From contig CM060731.1 in the NCBI GenBank assembly GCA_030704615.1, positions 55,366,001 through 55,430,000 of the forward strand: a stretch of DNA of 64,000 nucleotides, given 5' to 3'. The position numbers and the translations under genes were made by a program. This document shows positions 49,076 to 61,500 of this stretch, piece by piece (the first letter of the stretch is position 1; every line of letters begins with the position of its first letter). Under the pieces are notes generated by a model that was not told where the DNA came from, made no database searches, and saw nothing but the letters and a program-made list of their open reading frames with translations. The stretch is from Takakia lepidozioides. Taxonomy: Eukaryota > Plantae > Bryophyta.

Positions 49076-52000
49076 TTAATCTTGAAAATCATCCGAATCC
49101 TCATCATGTTCTAGACTGTCCTGCTCCGCCTCCACCCCCTCATTGCATTTCTCATCTCCAGCGGACTGCTCGTTGGCCAGGCTTTCGAAAATCCCATCTT
49201 CCCCTTGCGGAACTGTCCATCTCACCTCCGTTGGTTCCTCCCTGTCTGCGTCGCTCTCATCCGCTGAATCACATATGTACTTTCGTACCCGTCTACCTGT
49301 CTGAGCTGCTGCCAACTCTTTACTTATCCTTTTGTCCTCCCTAGCCCTCTCCAAAATCTGCTCTACTTTACTGGGATTCTCACTTCTTCTAATCGCTGTA
49401 TTTGCGAGTTTAGCTGCATAACTAGGAAGAGAGTAGTCCCTCACCGGGCTCGTCATGAAGTCGGCCCTCGCAAAGAACGGGACATTCTTCCTGGCAGGAA
49501 GTGTAGGCCCTACATATTTCGACCCAGACCCTGCAATCCTGCACATGACAATCATCAACGAGACTAATGAGAACCACAGTCCGGAAATTCGTTTGACAAA
49601 AATGACCCAGAAGGCTTTGCAAACTTACAATGTTTGCACTCACTCGTATTCCGGGTTCTCCTCCGCATCAATGTCCACTGTGTCTTCCTCGGACTCCGAC
49701 GAATCCGAGGAGACTTCCGCTCTGTTGGGAGCCTTAACATTCCGTTGCAGCCCTTCTAGATGGGATCCCCACACGGATGAATCCTCCTCGTAGGCAAAGA
49801 GGTGCCGGTCGAAAACCGCCCAGCCCACATTGAGGCACCTGTTACAATGCCATCCACACATTACAACATGGCGCTTCAGATGTTGCGAACTACATCCTAA
49901 CGAGAATTTGCAGAACATCATAGATCAAGATTCTGCATACCTGTCCCACAGATGAGGTCGAGCACTGTGCCCTCCATGTCTGTGCATGTCTCCATAATTG
50001 TCTGAATGAAGGCAGGGCTCCGAGTCCGTGAGTACCGCATGGGTTCCGTTGAAGTGAGGCTATGAGGGAGAAGTTCCTTGGGAACGTTGTTGAACAGAAG
50101 TCGTAATCGAGGGGGTCGCAGTTCGGGTCAACCTTTCCTCCCTCCTTCCGGAAAGCAAAGGTGGAGTTCTTCTTCACAAAGCAGTATGCATCGAACTGCT
50201 TCGTCTGCATACACAGGGGGGAACGATTAGAAACCGAATGCGGCACCGCATTTGAAAACACCCAAGCAAATGAATGGACGAGTGCTAGTGTCGTAATCAC
50301 CTTCTTCCCTTCCGACCGAAGGCCCAGTGTGTTGATGCACATCCACTTCTTTTTCAGAATCGGGACGGCGCTCTTGCGGGTCCACTTTGCAATTCCTGTC
50401 TGAGTGTTTTTCCTCTGCTCGCCAGGACAACCACACAGCCTCTGTCGTCCAACACCATGCGGGCAAGCCCGAATCCTTTCTTCCAAAAGTCCTCCGAGTA
50501 CCTGTTCCAAGATGGCAAAGCTTGCAGTCCTTCCACAGGCTCTCCGTCCGGAATATCCAAGATGATCATATCGCAAGACCACTCGGTGGCATTTCCGCCC
50601 CTCCTACAATCCTTGTCTGCACACACGCTCTCAAAGAACGAGACCATATTCTGAAATCCTGGGGTGTCGGAAGGCTCTTCGGCAGTCGCCTTCTTCAGTG
50701 CTCTGCCCTTCAGACCCTCCATGGTCTTCATGTATGCCAGCTTGGCTGCCCGTCCATCCAAAGCCGCCAAGAAACTCTCATTTACACACTGGACTACTGT
50801 TTCGGGAGCCACTTTCGGCCTCTTCATTTCCACCGGCTCGAAAGGGTGCCCCCCTGGGGGGTTGAAGAGTGCCTTCTTTGCCGAGCCAGTTCTCGTGCCT
50901 CTCGTGACAATGGTGGGCACAGGGGAGGCAGCCTGCGTTTGGGGGGTAGGCTGGTTGCAAAGTCTCCATCGGAGTCCTCTTCCTCACCCTCTTCCTGAAC
51001 AGGCTGTTTCTGCTTCTTCGTTTTGGCGGGTGTCACAACAGCTGCTCCTTGTTGGCGAGTCCTCTTCTTCGACCCCTTCTGTTGGGCCTGCACAGCTGCA
51101 TCCACCGTCTTTTGTGCCATCTCAGCTGCCTTTCTGGATTCTTCCAGAGCAGCAGATTCCTTTGCCGACTTTGGCCCAGCAGGGACACGTCTTTCCTTCT
51201 CTTCTCTTCTGCCAAGGCGTGCAGATCCTTCTCAGACTCGTCAACAATACCGCCAGACATATCCAGGTACCAGGGGCATCCAACGAGATGCGCGGGATGC
51301 CATTGTTTTTGCATCTTGGGTGTGTAGACACAGCTTGGGCCCGCCACGGTCCAAGCCATGAAGAACGGGGGCTCTTGAGCCAGGGCCCCTGTCTGAAGGA
51401 GCACGTATTTCATATACCTGCAAGGCAGTCAGCATGCGTGAGCATAAGATTGGACGAACCTACTCGCAGAGTGCCACCGAAAACATAAAATGCGAATGCC
51501 GTGCCGCATTTCCAAGACAAACCTCATAACCAGGCTTCGCATACAAGGGCAGCTGTGCTTCACATGTAAACAATTTGCATTGCAGCTTTCCCCGCTCCCT
51601 CCTGATGTGTAAACTCCACGCTCCTTCTTGTTGTCTGTAGCTCTCTGGCAAAAAGGTTGTCCTTGTACGCACATCTGAAACGTGTCACGTAGTCTTCCAA
51701 TGTCTGTGTTCCATCCCATTTGACGTACAAGCCGAACGAATTTGTGTGCATTACGACTTGCTCCTTCGCATTCGACATTACCTGCGATTCCCAAATGCAT
51801 TGTCACGTAGCAGTTCAGGGAATTCATTTCAGAAAAGCAAATCTGGGGAAGTACCTTGAATTACCTGGAACCACCAAGTCATGCGGTTGAGCCACACATC
51901 CATTGCAGGGTCGGAAACTTCAAGTGGAAAAGACCACATTGTCCTTATGCTCTCGGATGCATTCCAGATCGACAGCCACCGTGTCTGCCATTTCCGATCC

Positions 52001-54270
52001 AATGTCAGGAGCTGGAAGAGAGTGGCTATTGCTAGGAAGGAACTTCAGTGCATTGAAACCTCACCTTCTCTTTCGCCTCAAACATGCCGTTGAGAGGTGA
52101 TGCAGTTTCTCCAATTGCATGGTCGGCTGCATGGCCCGAGAATAGTGTTTTGCAATCTCGGGATGAAGTCCTTTCCAAGTGCCGGATCTGCAATTGCCAC
52201 CAGCTTCACAAGCTTTGACTTGTATTTGGTTCTGGACTTGACCCCGGCTTCCTTCAAGTGCTCAGTCAATGACTGCAACGTTTTGACCTGCCCCTCACTT
52301 TCCATGAAGAAGCGTTGGCATGGGCCAAATCCAGCTTGATGTTTGACTGCCAACAAAAACATGCAGAAGCGTTACATTCGATTCATGTGGAAAGATTACT
52401 GAAATTTCAATCTGAGGATGAGCAGAGGGAAATCGGAGGACGACTTACTTCGTATATCACCTCCACCATTCCATCCATAGTGAGACGATACCATGTCCGG
52501 TCAGTTTTTGCCACGGCTTTCTGAATGAGCTCGGCTCCAGCATTTCCGCGAACATGTGCGGATCAGTGAGACTAGTTTTCCTCACCCTGTACAGCATATG
52601 TGCCATGTGGGTATGCACGTACGCATTTTCAGTGACCCTGCAAGGCACACTCTCCAGTTCAGTCCACGAAGCACGGAAACAAAACAGATGGAAACCGAAA
52701 TGCGGCACCGCATTTCGAACGTGCTAGAGAGGGTATGAGTATCTTACAAGTTGAGGTCCGCCATGGCATTCTTGAGCAGGGAGGAGTCTGCCGCCTTCAC
52801 CTTGAGGATGACACACTCCCACCATGTAATGCCAGCCAATGTGCTTGGCATGGTTCTGCTTGATGTACTCCTACCAGGCAAGAAGTCGGTGATTCCCGTC
52901 CCACACAAAGAACATTTTACCCGACATATGGCCGAAGTCTGGATCACCTTCAGCGTCGCCTCAAATTCGTTGTTGCGAGTGTGCCAGTGGGTATCCCACG
53001 TTGACAATTCATCGCAGTGGGTCCACGGGTTTCGCCGTCCTCATTCTCAATGGAAACGTAAAACGCTGCCGATCCCAGACGGTACCCTTATCGAAATGTG
53101 AACTTGAGCTTATCACATCTCCGGGAAGGGCCTGCCTGATGATGGGAAGGAGACCATGCGACAGAGTGGGATTCGAAGAGTCCGCTGGAATACCCTGCTG
53201 CCCAGAACTCTGCCAATGCTACTGTGTGTCTCCTCCAACATTTTATCCGCTGCACTTTTGAAATCCTCCGGAGACATGTCTGTAGGTGCCGGTAGTGGCT
53301 GAGCAGCTGGAGCATCCTCAACTGGAGCTGCACTCTGGGGCCTGTTTGCGGGCAATTCTGCCATTGCAGAGGCCTCCTCCGGCCTGCTTGCTCATCGGTG
53401 GTGAGTCTGCTGCGTGCGAACGTTGAGCGGCAGCACCCTCCTCGGTACCAAATCGACAGAAACGGTCGATCCCATTGCCTTCGCTAGCAGCAGAGACGGC
53501 CCCAATCTGCAGGCGGGAAATCCTCCAGGAACTGAGCTTCAGCTCGTGGAAGCGGTTTTGCGGAAGATTGTTCGGCCGTCGCCCTGATTGCCTTCTTCTG
53601 CTCCTCATCCTTGCAGGTGAAGGTGTCTGCTGCAATTGAATCTGTCTTTTTACCCTGCTGCTTCATTCGCGTTGGTGGGGGTGAAACGGCCTGAGCCGGT
53701 TCAGAAGCCAGTAGAGGGACGGGCTGCTTCTTCTTCGACTTTGCTGGAGAAGGGTCCGACCCCTGCTGGCGATTCTCCATGACCGAAGAACGCGAGTCGA
53801 TCTCTGGGGCTTTGAACTTGCCCTTCGAAGCCGCGTCTTTGAAACGCCACAGGGCTAGGCCGGCAGGAATACCCGCGCTCGGGGATCGGGTGGGTGTACG
53901 TGCTGCAGCTAGCTCCTCGGACTCTTCCTGCGGCTCTTCGGATTCCTGCGATCCCTCCAGCACGTCCACCTTTCCTTTTAGGAATGCAAACATGTTCTGC
54001 ATTCAAGTCTCCTAGCATTCAGTCTAAGAATTACAGAAGCAAAATGGGGGGTTCGGTGCTCGATCAGCTGCGCGTAGCCGATCGCATGGAGCTCTCACTG
54101 GTGGCTTGGGTTGCCTGAGTGGCCTGCTGCCGGAGATGGCAATCTCCTCCTGTAGACGCATCTGCTTCCTCCCCTTCGGCATTGGCCTACGTCCGAAGCA
54201 TAATTTTCGGAGCTTGCGACGAGGTCTCCTGTCTGGTGCACGAACTCCCCCCCTCTTAGGTTCGAGCATA
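49076..54270 (-). pseudogene. Multi-exon ParB/Srx-like domain + beta-class N6A/N4C DNA methyltransferase-like gene, disrupted
   Basis: RIPLCRMV...DKLKFTF-GYRLGSAAFYVSI...KMFFVWDGNHRLLAW (DGNHR at 52886-52900); CDMIILDIPDG (50543-50557)...LARMVLDDRGCVVV; RSPAFIQTIMETCTDMEGTVLDLICGT|GASMWAG...RHLFAYEED. Introns 52638-52747, 50205-50300, 49839-49940. Confidence 0.7.
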
Positions 54271-54579
54271 AGAAGAACAGAGACAGGGAAAAGGGCAAGA
54301 GTGCAGATGGAAAGGGGCGCGAGAGGGGTGACTGAGGAGACACGACAAAAGTAGATGAAACGGCGGCGATGCACCACTTGGGCTCGAAAGGGTTGGACGA
54401 AAGTGTCTCCTCGTGGAGTTTGCGTCATTACGAAATTCGAATCGTTCAGGGTACGCCCTTGCCGTCAGAAAAACAAACATCATTATCCAACGGTCAGGCC
54501 GCGCCGCCCTATGCCACTTCAGTCATATAGAGTGCAGACATGTACCGCAGTTCCGTGCTCCACGTGTTCACATTTCAAG

Positions 54580-56345
54580 GCATTTCCGTCCCAGCGGCGT
54601 CTGATGAGTTGGAGTGAAAATGCGAATGCGGCCGCCGCATTTCCGTTAAGTACCATCACGAAGCTACAACATCCGTACTTGTTGGAGAAAAGGATGCGGC
54701 ACCGCTTTCCGTTCCACCTTCACATACCTTAGTTGTTGAACGGAAATACGGTTGCCGCATTTCCGTCCCAGCTCCATGTATGAGATACAAAAGGAAATGC
54801 GTCGCCGCATTTCCGTTCTGGAATGTCGAAAGGTGCGATTCGGACAGAAATGCGGCACAACATTTCAATTCCCGTGGTTCATGATTTTCAATCTGAATGG
54901 AATTGCAGTCCGCATTTCGTTCCCCCTTCACATACCTTAGTTGTTGAACGGAAATAGGGTGCCGCATTTCCGTCCCACAGCTCCATATGTGAGATACAAA
55001 AGGGAAATGCGGCGCCGCATTTCCGTTCTGGATGTCGAAAGGTGCGATTCGGACGGAAATGCGGCACAACATTTCAGTTCCCGTGGTTCAGATTTTCATT
55101 TGAACGGAAATACGGTACCGCACTTCCGTTCCCCCTAACATACCTTAGTGATGAACGGAATGCCGTGCTACATTTCCGTTCGGGAAAGTATAGAGGTCTC
55201 ACCTGAACAGAAATGCGGTGCCGCATTCCGGTCTGGAAAGTTTGAAGGTCTACACTGGATGGAAATGCGGCACCACATTTCCGTCCCACAGCTCCAGGCC
55301 TCATATACAAAACGGAAATGCGGCGCCGCATTTCCGTTCTAGATGTCGGAAGGTGCGACTCGGACGGAAATGCGGTGACGTATTCCGTTCTAGAATGTCG
55401 GAAGGTGCGACTCGGACGGAATGCGGTGCCGCATTTCTGTTCCGTTATTCACGATTTTCAGTTCAGAAAACGGAAATGCGGTAGCACATTTCCGTCTGTA
55501 GAGTATTAAGGTCTGACCCAGGCGGAAATGCGGTGCCGCATTTTTGTTCCACAGCTCATGCCTCACATACAAAACGGAAATGCGGCGCCGCATTTCCGTT
55601 TTGGAATGTCGGAAGGTGCGACTCCGACGAAATGCGGTACCGCATTTCAGTTCCGATGGTTCACGATTTTCAGTCAGAACGGAAATGCAGTACCGCATTT
55701 CCGTTCTGGATAGTATGAATGTCTCAAGCGTCGGAATTGCGCTGTCTCAAGGCGGTCGGAATTGCACTCGGCTCCATGCATCAGATACAAAATGGAAATG
55801 CGGCGCCGCATTTCCGTTCTGGGAATGTCGGAAAGTGCGACTCGGACGGAAAGGCGGTGCCGCATTTCTGTTCCGGTGTTCATAATCGCATTTCCGTTCC
55901 ACCTTCACATACCGTGCTTGTGGATGGAAACGCGTTACCGCATTTCCGTTCTGGAGAGTATGAAATGTCTTGTGAGGACGGAATGTGGTGCAGCATTTCT
56001 ATCCCTCAGCTCCATGCGTCAGATATAAACGGAAATGTTGCGCCGTATTGGTTCTGGTATGTCGGAAGGTGCGACTGTGACGAAAATGCGGTGCCGCATT
56101 TCTGTTCCCGTTGTTCATAATTCTCAACCAAAACGGAAATGCGGTACTGAACGGAAATGCGGTACCGCATTTCCGTACCACCTTCACATACCGTGCTTGC
56201 TGGATGGAAATGCGTTACCACATTTCCGTTCTGGAGAGTATAAAGGTTTCCCCCGGACGGAAACTCGGTGCCGCATTTCCGTCGCTCTGGTGCAGGACCA
56301 GATGCAATACGGAAATGCGGCGCCGTATTTCCGTCCACCAGCAAT
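54580..56345. repeat. Palindrome array of element 2 (ACGGAAATGCGGCGCCGCATTTCCGT), ~53-bp period
   Basis: About 30 dyads separated by ~27-bp spacers of about five recurring classes. Confidence 0.95.
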
Positions 56346-56760
56346 CGAAAGAATCACTCGGGACGGGAAATCTGGAACCTGAATGGGTTGCATTGTTCCG
56401 AAACAACACAATTGCGGCCAGTCTGATGAGCACACTTGGTTGTCTGACCGTTTTAACTAACAGTACTGGCACTTGTCAGTGCGAACGTTCCTGTCTGCTC
56501 TGAGAATACTGCTGGATCCACCCTCAGGAGAAACTGTCAGGAGATGTTATTTCGTCGCCGAATCGGCCATCATTGTCATACTTAACGGCTATGGAATCCA
56601 AACCTCCCACCTTCATGCATGTAGCTTGAAACAATACTTTCCACTTCAATGTGCGACTTCCATCGTCGATGGACTCCGCAGATCCACTTACATGGTGCCT
56701 GTGAGCCTTGGTTCTTTTGCTATACTGAACCTCGCACTTGCCAACTTCGTGCGGTGTTCG

Positions 56761-58064
56761 ATGGCTCCGAATTCCTACGCTATAGTTTTGTTGTCCTCCG
56801 CAACTTGGGAGACCTGGATCCCAAACGAGGGAGGACTTTGCAGAGTGACTGAAACTTACCTTTGTTCCAAATCAAGCTCAAACCGGGCACAGTTTATTGG
56901 AAGAAGAAAGGAAGGAGTTCCTGGACAGGTTGACGAGGACCATTGTCGTGCGAGGGAACGACGGAGGTTGGCAGAATCGAATGGCACGTACCCCCATCAG
57001 ACACCACCTGTACCGAGCTGTGGGAATGCCCATTCCCTTTCCGAATCAGTCGCTACCCACACCATCCACAAAGGGGAGTCCGGGACCGGAAACCGACAGG
57101 CGGCCACTGCAACAGGAGGTATGCAACGATAATCATTCCCTACCTGGACCGTCAAGACCTCCATAGCTTCTCGTGTGGACGTATTCGACATTTCCGACGA
57201 GGAAGATGACTAGATGAGGTACCCATGTTCCTCCACACGGTCGTTCAAATCCGGCATGGACGTCTCTGTAGGTGCTACGCATGTGCCCTCGAGCATAACT
57301 CCAACCCAGTTCATTGTGCAGCTCCTACGACAAACATCACCTCGATGGTTCTCGCTCCGAGCGGCTGCCTCTCGACTATGCCAAATTCCCAGTCAGAAAG
57401 GTAACGTTTCTGCCTCCCGAAGTCGATGGCAATGTCATCTTCGAGTTTCCACCTGTTTCTCGCAAACAAAAGCCTCCGGGATGTTAACAGACATGGATCG
57501 AACGCATGACGGACACCCCTGGTGTGTGGACGAAGACTAGTAGCCACGGAATTGCTGATGGTGTTCGTGTATGATATGTCCTCTATGAGGGGAAGCTGAG
57601 GTGCTCAATCCCACCTGCTTCCACTTTCTCTCCAAAGGAGGGGGAGAAACGAGACGGATTGGACTGGCACAACGCATCACTATTCATTGTCTCCAGCCAA
57701 GCTCCTGCGGGTTCTTTCAAGTGTGCACATTGCAAAGAACCACCGACGTGCATGTCCATGTGCAGAGCCAAGCAATATTACGTGATCCATTTGCTCCCGG
57801 ACTTGACTAGAGCTTGCATACACGTTGGGGTCCACTGCCACCCCTTGGCGAGAGGCAACATGCTTAGGCTGTGCAGGACGCACACGACATCAGAAAAGAG
57901 GAGGTGAAATTGAGCCCCGGAGCCAGACCAACAGATTCAGCTGAAGGCAGCCCACAAGATTGCTCTTGGCAAAATCATGTCCTGAAGATGGTTCCGACGA
58001 GAGCCCTTGACCGAAGACGAGATGCGTGACCTCTTGGAGTCCGTTCTCGCACGTTTGTAGTCCG
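56761..58064 (+). pseudogene. Element 2 transposase, 5' part (left of gap, indel-rich)
   Basis: Homologous to 2300-3616: SGMLTDMDR-HDGHPWCV, FKCAHCKEPPTCMSMC, ACIHVGVHCH. Confidence 0.85.
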
Positions 58065-58564
58065 NNNNNNNNNNNNNNNNNNNNNNNNNNNNNNNNNNNN
58101 NNNNNNNNNNNNNNNNNNNNNNNNNNNNNNNNNNNNNNNNNNNNNNNNNNNNNNNNNNNNNNNNNNNNNNNNNNNNNNNNNNNNNNNNNNNNNNNNNNNN
58201 NNNNNNNNNNNNNNNNNNNNNNNNNNNNNNNNNNNNNNNNNNNNNNNNNNNNNNNNNNNNNNNNNNNNNNNNNNNNNNNNNNNNNNNNNNNNNNNNNNNN
58301 NNNNNNNNNNNNNNNNNNNNNNNNNNNNNNNNNNNNNNNNNNNNNNNNNNNNNNNNNNNNNNNNNNNNNNNNNNNNNNNNNNNNNNNNNNNNNNNNNNNN
58401 NNNNNNNNNNNNNNNNNNNNNNNNNNNNNNNNNNNNNNNNNNNNNNNNNNNNNNNNNNNNNNNNNNNNNNNNNNNNNNNNNNNNNNNNNNNNNNNNNNNN
58501 NNNNNNNNNNNNNNNNNNNNNNNNNNNNNNNNNNNNNNNNNNNNNNNNNNNNNNNNNNNNNNNN
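58065..58564. other. Assembly gap (500 N)
   Basis: Run of exactly 500 N. Confidence 1.
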
Positions 58565-61500
58565 GGATTCGAAAGGCGTCGCCTGGAATACCCTGTGCCC
58601 AGAACTCTGCAATGCTACTGTGTATCTCCTCCAACATTTTATCCAGTGCACTTTTGAAATCCTCCGGAGACTGTCTGTAGGGCCGGGTGGGTGGTAGTGA
58701 TGAGAGCTGGGCATCCTCAACTGGAGCTGCACTCTGGGGCCTGTTGCGGGCAATTCTGCCATTGCGAGGCCTCCTCCGGGGCCTGCTTGCTATCGGTGGT
58801 GAGGTCTTTTGCGAACGTGAGGGCAGCACCCTCCTCCGGTACCAAATCGACAGAAACGGTCGATCCCCTGGCTTCGCTACAGCAGAGACGGCCCCCAATA
58901 TCTGCAGGCGGGAATCCTCAAGGAACTGAGCTTAGCGGTGGACGCGGTTTTGCGGAAGATTGTTCGGCCGTCGCCCTGAGCCTTCTGCTTCTCATCATTG
59001 CCGGTGAAGGTGATCTGCTGCAATTGAATTGTCTTTTACCCTGCTGCTCATTCGCGTTGGCTGGGGGTGAAACGCCTGAGCCGGTTCAGAAGCCAGTAGA
59101 GGGACGGGTGCTTCTTCTTCGACTTTGCTGGCAGAAGGTCTAGACCCCTGCTGGCGAGTCTCACATGACCGAAGAACGCGAGCGATCTCTGGGGCTGTTT
59201 GAACTTGCCCTCGAAAGCCGCGTCTTTGAAACGCACAGGGCCCGGCAGGAGGAATACCCGCGCTCGGGGATCGGGGGTGGGTGTTGTACGTGACTGAACA
59301 GCTAGCTCACGGACTCTTCAGGCGGCTCTTCGGATTCCTGCGACCCTCCAGCACGTCCACCTTCCTTTTAGGAATGCAAACATGTTTGCATTCAAGTCTC
59401 CTAGCATTCAGTCTAAGAATTACAGAAGCAAAATGGGGGGTTCGGTGCTCGATCAGCTGCGCGTAGCCCGATCGCATGGAGCTCTCACTGGTGGCGGTTG
59501 CCTGAGTGGCCTGCTGCTCGGAGATGGCAATCTCCTCCTGTAGACGCATCTGCTTCCTCCCCTTCGGCATTGGCCTACGTCCGAAGCATAATTTTCGGAG
59601 CTTGCGACGAGGTCTCCTGTCTGGTGCACGAACTCCCCCCCTCTTAGGTTCGAGCATAAGAAGAACAGAGAAGGAGGGAAAAGGGGGCAAAGAGGTGCAG
59701 ATGGAAATGGGCGCGAGAGGGGGTGCTGAGGAGACACGACAAAAGTAGATGAAACGGCGGGCGATGCACCACTTGGGCTCGAAAGGGTTGGACGAAAGTG
59801 TCTCCTCGTGGAGTTTGCGTCATTACGAAATTCGAATCGTCAGGGTACGCCTGCCGTCCGAAAAAAACAAACATCATTATCCAACGGTCAGGGCGCGCCG
59901 CCTCATGCCACTTCAGTCATATAGAGTGCAGACATGTACCGCAGTTCCGTTGCTCCACGTGTTCACATTTCAAGGCATTTCCGTCCCAGCGTCTGATGAG
60001 TTGGAGTGAAAATGCGAATGCGGCGCCGCATTTCCGTTAAGTACCATCACGAAGCTACACATCCGTACTTGTTGGAAGAAAATGCGGCACCGCATTTCCG
60101 TTCCACCTTCACATACCTTAGTTGTTGAACGGAAATACGGTGCCGCATTTCCGTCCCACAGCTCCATGTATGAGATACAAAAGGGAAATGCGTCGCCGCA
60201 TTTCCGTTCTGGAATGTCGAAAGGTGCGATTCGGACAGAAATGCGGCACAACATTTCAATTCCCGTGGTTCATGATTTTCAATCTGAATGGAATTGCAGT
60301 ACCGCATTTCTGTTCCCCCTTCACATACCTTAGTTGTTGAACGGAAATAGGGTGCCGCATTTCCGTCCCACAGCTCCATATGTGAGATACAAAAGGGAAT
60401 GCGGCGCCGCATTTCCGTTCTGGATGTCGAAAGGTGCGATTCGGACGGAAATGCGGCACAACATTTCAGTTCCCGTGGTTCATGATTTTCAATTTGAACG
60501 GAAATACGGTACCGCACTTCCGTTCCCCCTTCACATACCTTAGTTGATGAACGGAAATGCCGTGCTACATTTCCGTTCGGGAAAGTATAGAGGTCTCACC
60601 TGAACAGAAATGCGGTGCCGCATTTCCGGTCTGGAAAGTTTGAAGGTCTCACATGGATGGAAATGCGGCACCACATTTCCGTCCCACAGCTCCAGGCCTC
60701 ATATACAAAACGGAAATGCGGCGCCGCATTTCCGTTCTAGAATGTCGGAAGGTGCGACTCGGACGGAAATGCGGTGCCGTATTTCCGTTCTAGAATGTCG
60801 GAAGGTGCGACTCGGACGGAAATGCGGTGCCGCATTTCTGTTCCCGTTATTCACGATTTTCAGTCAGAACGGAAAGCGGTAGGGTAGCACATTTCCGTTC
60901 TGTAGAGTATTAAGGTCTGACCCAGGCGGAAATGCGGTGCCGCATTTTTGTTCCACAGCTCCATGCCTCACATACAAAACGGAAATGCGGCGCCGCATTT
61001 CCGTTTTGGAATGTCGGAAGGTGCGACTCCGACGAAAATGCGGTACCGCATTTCAGTTCCGATGGTTCACGATTTTCAGTCAGAACGGAAATGCAGTACC
61101 GCATTTCCGTTCTGGATAGTATGAATGTCTCAAGCGGTCGGAATTGCGCTGTCTCAAGCGGTCGGAATTGCACTCGGCTCCATGCATCAGATACAAAATG
61201 GAAATGCGGCGCCGCATTTCCGTTCTGGAATGTCGGAAAGTGCGACTTCGGACGGAAATGCGGTGCCGCATTCTGTTCCCGTTGTTCATAATCGCATTTC
61301 CGTTCCACCTTCACATACCGTGCTTGTGGGATGGAAACGCGTTACCGCATTTCCGTTCTGGAGAGTATGAATGTCTTGTGAGGACGGAAATGTGGTGCAG
61401 CATTTCTATCCCTCAGCTCCATGCGTCAGATATTAAACGGAAATGTTGCGCCGTATTTCTGTTCTGGTATGTCGGAAGGTGCGACTGTGACGAAAATGCG

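Noticed and set aside
54580-56345. CRISPR array (also 3920-5950 and 59975-61745)
   Set aside because: Spacers recur in classes and higher-order repeats, no cas genes are present, and the context is a eukaryotic transposon.
57890-58898. Long ORFs spanning the N gap
   Set aside because: Artefacts of translating Ns.
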